A stretch of DNA of 39,762 bases from an uncultured Coriobacteriaceae bacterium (lineage in GTDB: Bacteria > Actinomycetota > Coriobacteriia > Coriobacteriales > CADBOM01). Each line of letters starts with the position of its first letter. Positions within the stretch are counted from its first letter, which is position 1. A program made the translations under genes and the position numbers. The stretch lies in contig CAZLCK010000001.1 in assembly GCA_964558235.1 (NCBI GenBank), forward strand, positions 33,943 through 73,704, read 5' to 3'. Of this stretch, positions 34,913 to 39,762 are shown one piece after another. The notes under the pieces are model-generated. The model ran no database searches. It was not told where the DNA came from and was given only the letters and a program-made list of their open reading frames with translations.

Positions 34913-35554
34913 TTATGCGAGCATTTCCAGTACCTTTTGATGCATGGCAACAGCCACAGCAGCATGAGCCTCGCCATCTAGATGGATACCCTCATCCTTA
35001 GCAGGAGAAGCAACTTTGCCCACATCAATAAAGCCACACCCAAAATCTTTTGCGAGATCCTCATACAGTGGTGCCAAAGCAGCAGTTCTTTCTCTAGTCT
35101 CCTCATCCGCAGGAGAATGAACAGAAGCCTCACCTAGTGGCGCAGGAGCTGCAATAAGAACTTTAGGCGGCTTTTCCGATGTATAAGAGTATGGATCTAG
35201 GGCAATTTTTACTAGCCGACTCATACCCATAGAGACATCCAATGGACTTGCCGATGTGATCGGCCTACAATCATTTGTGCCTAGCATGATTATGACAAGA
35301 TCAAGAGGGCTATGGCTTTCAAGGCATGGCTGAAAATACGGAAGACCGTTTCGTCCCACAGATACAGAGTCATCAAAGACAGTTGTGCGACCGTTTAACC
35401 CCTCTTCAATCACATAGAAATCAGGACCAAGAAGCTGAGCAAGCCTGCCAGGCCAGCGAACATTTTGAGGATGCCTTGTTACAACACCGGTATGTATCCA
35501 GTCGGGATTTAGACCGTGAGTATTTGAGTCACCATAGCAAAGTATTGTCTTCAT
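34913..35554 (-). CDS. SGNH/GDSL hydrolase (arylesterase-like)
   Basis: YGDSNTHG, EEGLNGRT, MLGTND and EGIH blocks. Confidence 0.92.
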   Translation of the reverse strand: MKTILCYGDSNTHGLNPDWIHTGVVTRHPQNVRWPGRLAQLLGPDFYVIEEGLNGRTTVFDDSVSVGRNGLPYFQPCLESHSPLDLVIIMLGTNDCRPITSASPLDVSMGMSRLVKIALDPYSYTSEKPPKVLIAAPAPLGEASVHSPADEETRERTAALAPLYEDLAKDFGCGFIDVGKVASPAKDEGIHLDGEAHAAVAVAMHQKVLEMLA

Positions 35555-35696
35555 ATTTAGCCACCGCCTTCTGCCTATGTCATCTCTTGTATCTAACCTA
35601 GTATCTTTTCAAAGATCCATCTATAGCGTTCAAAGCATCCTGCCTAGAGAGCTTTAAAATTGTTTTAGATACCTTTTAAGATTACAGCAACACTAC

Positions 35697-37634
35697 TTAA
35701 TCTATTTTGAGAACTAGCATGTTCATCGTAGATTTCTCAACCCTAAAGCATTCATCGGACAAAATGCCAACCAGCCAAACAATATGTCCCCCCACTTTCA
35801 CGACTGCTAGTTCATCGCGCATGGATTTAGGTACTTTTTTGTCGATGAGCACATCAGAGATAAGCTTTGTATGCCCGTTCATGCCTAAGGGATGCAAATA
35901 GTCTCCAGGTTGTCTGTTGGTGATATTCAAGTAGAGCTGCGAGTCGGTCTCACTGTTTGTATCGAGCGAAATAGCGCGAGCAATCTTGTCGAGATCAAAA
36001 AATGCGACATCTTTGTTTGCGCATTGTTTTACATAGTCAATAGGGTTTTGTGTGAGATCGCTTTCATCTGAAGCAGCGCATCGCTTGTCGCTTACAAATT
36101 CAACAATTTGCGCAGAAAGGCGCAAGCCAACCTCGGGAATATCAAGTTCTCCAGGAACATCTAAACAGTACTCCCAATTAGAACTTTGTGTCGATTCTTT
36201 GGAAGAATTCGTAGCAGGATCACTTGCAGCAGGGTCACTCGCGGCAAAATCATTCTTAGCAGGGTCACTCGTAGCAGAATTGCTCGCATTAGGATCATTT
36301 GCAGCAAAATCATTCTTAGCAGGGTCACTCGCATTAGGATCACTCGCAGCCTTCGTGTCAATAATCACACGTCCGTGCTCGAGATGGACATGCTTATTTC
36401 CTGGCAAGTCGAAGGAGTCCCCAACGCTAGCCTGTCCCAAGAGCATCATAGTCAAATGCTCAATATGTCCAAAAGTAGCTCGTTCGATATCGCTTAGAGC
36501 GTCTTTACAAATTTGATGCGCAAGCCTACGCGCAATCACAAGCTCAATGTTGTCCAACTGATTTAGCTCAACTACAATTTCACCCTCTGATTTACAATTC
36601 ACAGCAGCCGAATAGAGCTTTTTAACTTCACGCTCAAAAAAGGAATTTTCATCCGAAATCAAATCCATAGTTCGATTTAAGGTTTGGATTAGCGCTGGGT
36701 TTCGAGTTTGTGCTAGCGGGATTAGACTGTTTCTTACAAAGGCTCTAAATCCATCATCTTCGTAATTCGTATGATCTTCGCGCCAATACTGAGTGCACTT
36801 GGCCTGTACGTTTTTAGACTCGCTGGAATCTTGAGCAGGATCAGCGTCGCACTGCTCTTTATCCTTAAAACTGCCAGCACTACCTACACAGATGTGCCAA
36901 CCAAGTTCATCCATGCGACTTTTTACATAATCTCTAAGCTCATCGCGCGTGTTAGACAAAAGCGGACGCATAACATTTCCATTAATCGCCTGAATAGAAG
37001 ACAGGCCGGCCGGTCCACTTCCAACAATAGCCCTCATAAAAAATGTCTCAGCACGATCATTTGCGGTATGAGCAGTCCAGATCTGTCCGACTTCCTCATG
37101 AACCTTATGATTAGTGCAAAGCTCATTCAAAAGTTCAAAAGCAAACTTATATCTAAAATGCCTCGCAGCGTTTTCGATATTTCCATCAAAATCTTTTGCT
37201 AGCTTTTTAATATCGATCGACTTACTAACAAAAGAGAATCTACACAACTTAGCAAGCTCTTTTACAAACAGCTCATCACCATCGGAATCCTGTCCACGTA
37301 GATTATGATTGACGTGTAAAACATTGAAGTCAAATTTGATCTGGAGTGAGTTTTCAGCAGGCTTACTCATAAGTTCTTGAAAATAGCGATTAATCTCGTA
37401 AGCTCCTAAGCACATAGCTGTTGAGTCTGAGCCGCCACTTACCATCAACACAACCGGAATGGTAGCTGGAACTGTAATTTGATCGCTAGCATCCAAGCGC
37501 GCCCCTGCGTCAGACTCTTTCGTGGCCGCAGGAATCGCATTTGTATGACAGCCATCCCAAGACCAAACGTCGCGCATCTGGAACAAAAAATCTAAGAGAT
37601 CATTTGCAATCTTTGAGAGATGTCTAGACTTCAT
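35697..37634 (-). CDS. tilS: tRNA(Ile)-lysidine synthetase with several insertions
   Basis: VSGGSDS PP-loop, HVNHNLR, ENAARHFRY, TAHTAND.AET, RPLL, EDHTN, and C-terminal KLISDVLIDKKVP..R. Start uncertain. Confidence 0.92.
   Translation of the reverse strand: MKSRHLSKIANDLLDFLFQMRDVWSWDGCHTNAIPAATKESDAGARLDASDQITVPATIPVVLMVSGGSDSTAMCLGAYEINRYFQELMSKPAENSLQIKFDFNVLHVNHNLRGQDSDGDELFVKELAKLCRFSFVSKSIDIKKLAKDFDGNIENAARHFRYKFAFELLNELCTNHKVHEEVGQIWTAHTANDRAETFFMRAIVGSGPAGLSSIQAINGNVMRPLLSNTRDELRDYVKSRMDELGWHICVGSAGSFKDKEQCDADPAQDSSESKNVQAKCTQYWREDHTNYEDDGFRAFVRNSLIPLAQTRNPALIQTLNRTMDLISDENSFFEREVKKLYSAAVNCKSEGEIVVELNQLDNIELVIARRLAHQICKDALSDIERATFGHIEHLTMMLLGQASVGDSFDLPGNKHVHLEHGRVIIDTKAASDPNASDPAKNDFAANDPNASNSATSDPAKNDFAASDPAASDPATNSSKESTQSSNWEYCLDVPGELDIPEVGLRLSAQIVEFVSDKRCAASDESDLTQNPIDYVKQCANKDVAFFDLDKIARAISLDTNSETDSQLYLNITNRQPGDYLHPLGMNGHTKLISDVLIDKKVPKSMRDELAVVKVGGHIVWLVGILSDECFRVEKSTMNMLVLKID
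36211..36345 (-). repeat. In-frame 15-bp minisatellite (9 units) inside tilS
   Basis: Units such as GCAGCAGGGTCACTC with a 60-bp higher-order period, encoding (A/T/K)(S/N)DP(A/N)-type pentapeptides. Confidence 0.9.
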
Positions 37635-37839
37635 CGGATTCACCTGTGTGATCGACGTGCTTACGGTATCCCCTCTCAAAGGTCGATCGCTTCATCACTA
37701 CCTTATGAGCGCACCCCATACACTTAAGCCCGATATCCATACCAACGCGTATAATCTCCCATTCAAAACACCCACACGGATGAGCTTTGCGCAAAAGCAC
37801 CCGATCACCAGTATTAATATTTACGTGTTTGGCGCTCAT
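37624..37839 (-). CDS. DUF951 family protein
   Basis: LRKAHPCG..WEIIRVGMDIGLKCMGCAH signature. Confidence 0.9.
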   Translation of the reverse strand: MSAKHVNINTGDRVLLRKAHPCGCFEWEIIRVGMDIGLKCMGCAHKVVMKRSTFERGYRKHVDHTGESDEV

Positions 37840-37963
37840 GACTATATTTCACCGCCGTTGTCTTATACTCTCTTCACATAGATATTCTAATTTTTATGCC
37901 AAAACTAGTCTTGAAGTTTAAAATATTTTATATGTGAGCAGGTTTTTTAGAAAAGGGATGCTA

Positions 37964-38242
37964 ATGCAAAAAACAAACGCTGTTCTTTCCGTTCTTGGTA
38001 ATGATCAAATTGGAATTGTCGCCAAAATTTCTGCGACCCTTTACGAGTGCGGTGTCAACATTGATGACATTAGACAAACCATTCTTGGCGATCTCTTCTC
38101 TATGACTATGCTAGTAACCCTAGACGAAGAAAAGTGTCCTTTTGATAGCGTTCAAGCCAAACTGGCAGAAGACGCCAAAGTACTTGGTATGCAAATCACA
38201 CTTCAGCGCAAAGACGTCTTCGATTTCATGTATAAAATTTAG
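37964..38242 (+). CDS. ACT domain protein (UPF0237-like)
   Basis: SVLGNDQIGIVAKIS..NIDDIRQTI..FSMTMLV..Q..DVF..M pattern. Confidence 0.88.
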   Translation: MQKTNAVLSVLGNDQIGIVAKISATLYECGVNIDDIRQTILGDLFSMTMLVTLDEEKCPFDSVQAKLAEDAKVLGMQITLQRKDVFDFMYKI

Positions 38243-38245
38243 ACA

Positions 38246-38390
38246 CTGCTAACCCAACGTGGATAGAAAGATGCTGTTCACCCAGTGTAGACAGAGCAGG
38301 TTCTACTAACCCACTGCGAATAGAGAGACTCTACTAGCCCACCGTCGTGGATAGGGCGGCTCTGCTATAACCCACCGTGAATAGAGCCGC
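38246..38390. repeat. Five degenerate 28-31 bp tandem repeats between convergent genes
   Basis: Units start at 38246, 38274, 38303, 38331 and 38362; consensus approximately CTRCTAACCCACYGTGRATAGAG. Confidence 0.8.
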
Positions 38391-38406
38391 CAATTTAATG
38401 CAATAC

Positions 38407-39762
38407 TTAGGTTTCTTCTCTGGAAGATTTTGCATCTTTCTCATTATGAGTCTTATCAAAGTTTGACTTTGCCACAGCGATCATTAGCTTAATCCTGTTG
38501 AGCTGATTTACCTCTGAAGCGCCCGGATCATAATCGACAGCAACGATGTTCGACTCTGGATGAAGCCTGCGCAGCTCTTTGATAATGCCCTTGCCTGTCA
38601 CATGATTTGGTAAACATGCAAAGGGCTGAACACAGACAATATTTGGGGTTCCGTTATGAATAAGTTCGATCATCTCAGCGGTTAAAAGCCAACCCTCGCC
38701 CATGGAATTACAAAGCGACAAGATCTTATCAGCATACCCAGCAAGTTCATAGATATCTGCTGGCGCAGTAAATCTCTTCGACTTCCTAAGTGCATCATAG
38801 ATAGGAGCACGACCAGCCTGAACAACTTTCAGTGCAATCTTTGAACCAAAGGCCGACTTCTTAGAGCGCCCAAGCTCTCGCGACTGCCAAATTGCATTGG
38901 AGATTCCATAGAGGAAAAATTCAACCAATCCAGGCATTACTGCCTCGCAGCCCTCAGATTCAATGATATCAACTACTTGATTATTGGCCGTTGGATGGAA
39001 CTTAACCAAAATCTCTCCAACAACTCCAATGCGTGGTTTGCTCCCGTCATTAACTAGCGGCAAATTATCAAAATCCTCGACGATTGCATGAACATTTTTA
39101 GAGAATCGCATCGGAGTTGACTTAGATAGATCTTCCTTCAGGTATTCCATCCACTTTTTAAAGAGCTTATGTGCTGAACCAGGTGTTGCCTCATACGGGC
39201 GCGTGCGGAACAAGCATTGCATCAACAGGTCGCCATAGAGAAGCGCATAGCATCCGTGATATAACATCTTAGGCGAGATCTTAAAGCCAGGATTTGCTTC
39301 CTCAAGCTTCTTAAACGCAAGCGAAATTACAGGAATATGTCCATAGCCAGCCTCTTTTAGAGCCTTTCTTATAAGCGCAATGTAATTTGTAGCCCTACAT
39401 CCTCCACCTGTCTGTGTAATGATAACGGCCAGATGGTCTGTATCATATTCTCCAGACGTCACAGCCTCCATAATCTGGCCTGTAACTAAAATTGAAGGAT
39501 AACAGACATCGTTATTGGCATACTTTAGACCCGCCTCAACAGCGCCGTGGTCGACAGACGGCAACACCACTAAGTTATATCCGTGGTCGTGGAAGGCTCT
39601 CTCTAAAAGTTCAAAGTGAATTGGCGCCATCTGTGGAGAGATAATGGTGTACTTAGCATCTTTCATCTCCTGAGTGTATTGCGTCTTGTTAAAGATAGTC
39701 GAGGCTCCCTTGACAAGCGTTAAACCTACCTTAGACGCAAAGGACTTGAGCTTGTCGAGATT
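38407..39762 (-). CDS. C-terminal part of a 2-hydroxyacyl-CoA dehydratase activase-like multidomain protein (5' end outside the window)
   Basis: PQMAPIHF, NNDVCYP, QTGGGCRATNY, GEGWLL, QPFACLPNH and DYDPGASEVNQLNR motifs; the frame stays open to the window edge. Confidence 0.88.
   Translation of the reverse strand, partial: NLDKLKSFASKVGLTLVKGASTIFNKTQYTQEMKDAKYTIISPQMAPIHFELLERAFHDHGYNLVVLPSVDHGAVEAGLKYANNDVCYPSILVTGQIMEAVTSGEYDTDHLAVIITQTGGGCRATNYIALIRKALKEAGYGHIPVISLAFKKLEEANPGFKISPKMLYHGCYALLYGDLLMQCLFRTRPYEATPGSAHKLFKKWMEYLKEDLSKSTPMRFSKNVHAIVEDFDNLPLVNDGSKPRIGVVGEILVKFHPTANNQVVDIIESEGCEAVMPGLVEFFLYGISNAIWQSRELGRSKKSAFGSKIALKVVQAGRAPIYDALRKSKRFTAPADIYELAGYADKILSLCNSMGEGWLLTAEMIELIHNGTPNIVCVQPFACLPNHVTGKGIIKELRRLHPESNIVAVDYDPGASEVNQLNRIKLMIAVAKSNFDKTHNEKDAKSSREET

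Noticed and set aside
38246-38390. Possible CRISPR array
   Set aside because: The units are contiguous and degenerate with no unique spacers, and there are no cas genes in the window.

Overview
Chromosomal window from an anaerobic actinobacterium, most likely Coriobacteriia/Eggerthellaceae-like. This is inferred from the molybdoenzyme type, MenK and the DtxR-like boxes. GC is moderate to low by eye. The left part (1-12.4 kb) holds two paralogous Fe-S/flavin (OYE-family) reductases with a non-canonical HGNL active-site motif, a feoA-feoA-feoB-FeoB-associated iron-uptake operon with DtxR-like boxes, an ABC exporter, a frameshifted cupin-like gene and two tandem SDRs. The middle is a housekeeping block (tRNA-Val, folC, valS, clpX, clpP, tig), followed by a full-length IS1634-like transposase that lacks its third catalytic residue, yfcE and an LRR+YD-repeat surface protein. 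The most striking feature is at 26.2-29.2 kb: a three-gene cytoplasmic DMSO-reductase-family (catechol-dehydroxylase/acetylene-hydratase-like) molybdoenzyme operon. Nearly all Fe-S cysteine ligands of both the catalytic and the ferredoxin-like subunit are replaced, while the ORFs and the putative Mo-ligand Cys remain intact. The right part holds a zinc-ribbon membrane protein, menK, a HAD hydrolase, hemH flanked by 21-bp direct repeats next to tRNA-Gly, an SGNH hydrolase, tilS with a minisatellite insertion, DUF951, an ACT protein, a 5-unit intergenic repeat and a truncated CoA-dehydratase activase gene. All family assignments come from motif recognition and recalled consensus sequences, not from database searches.
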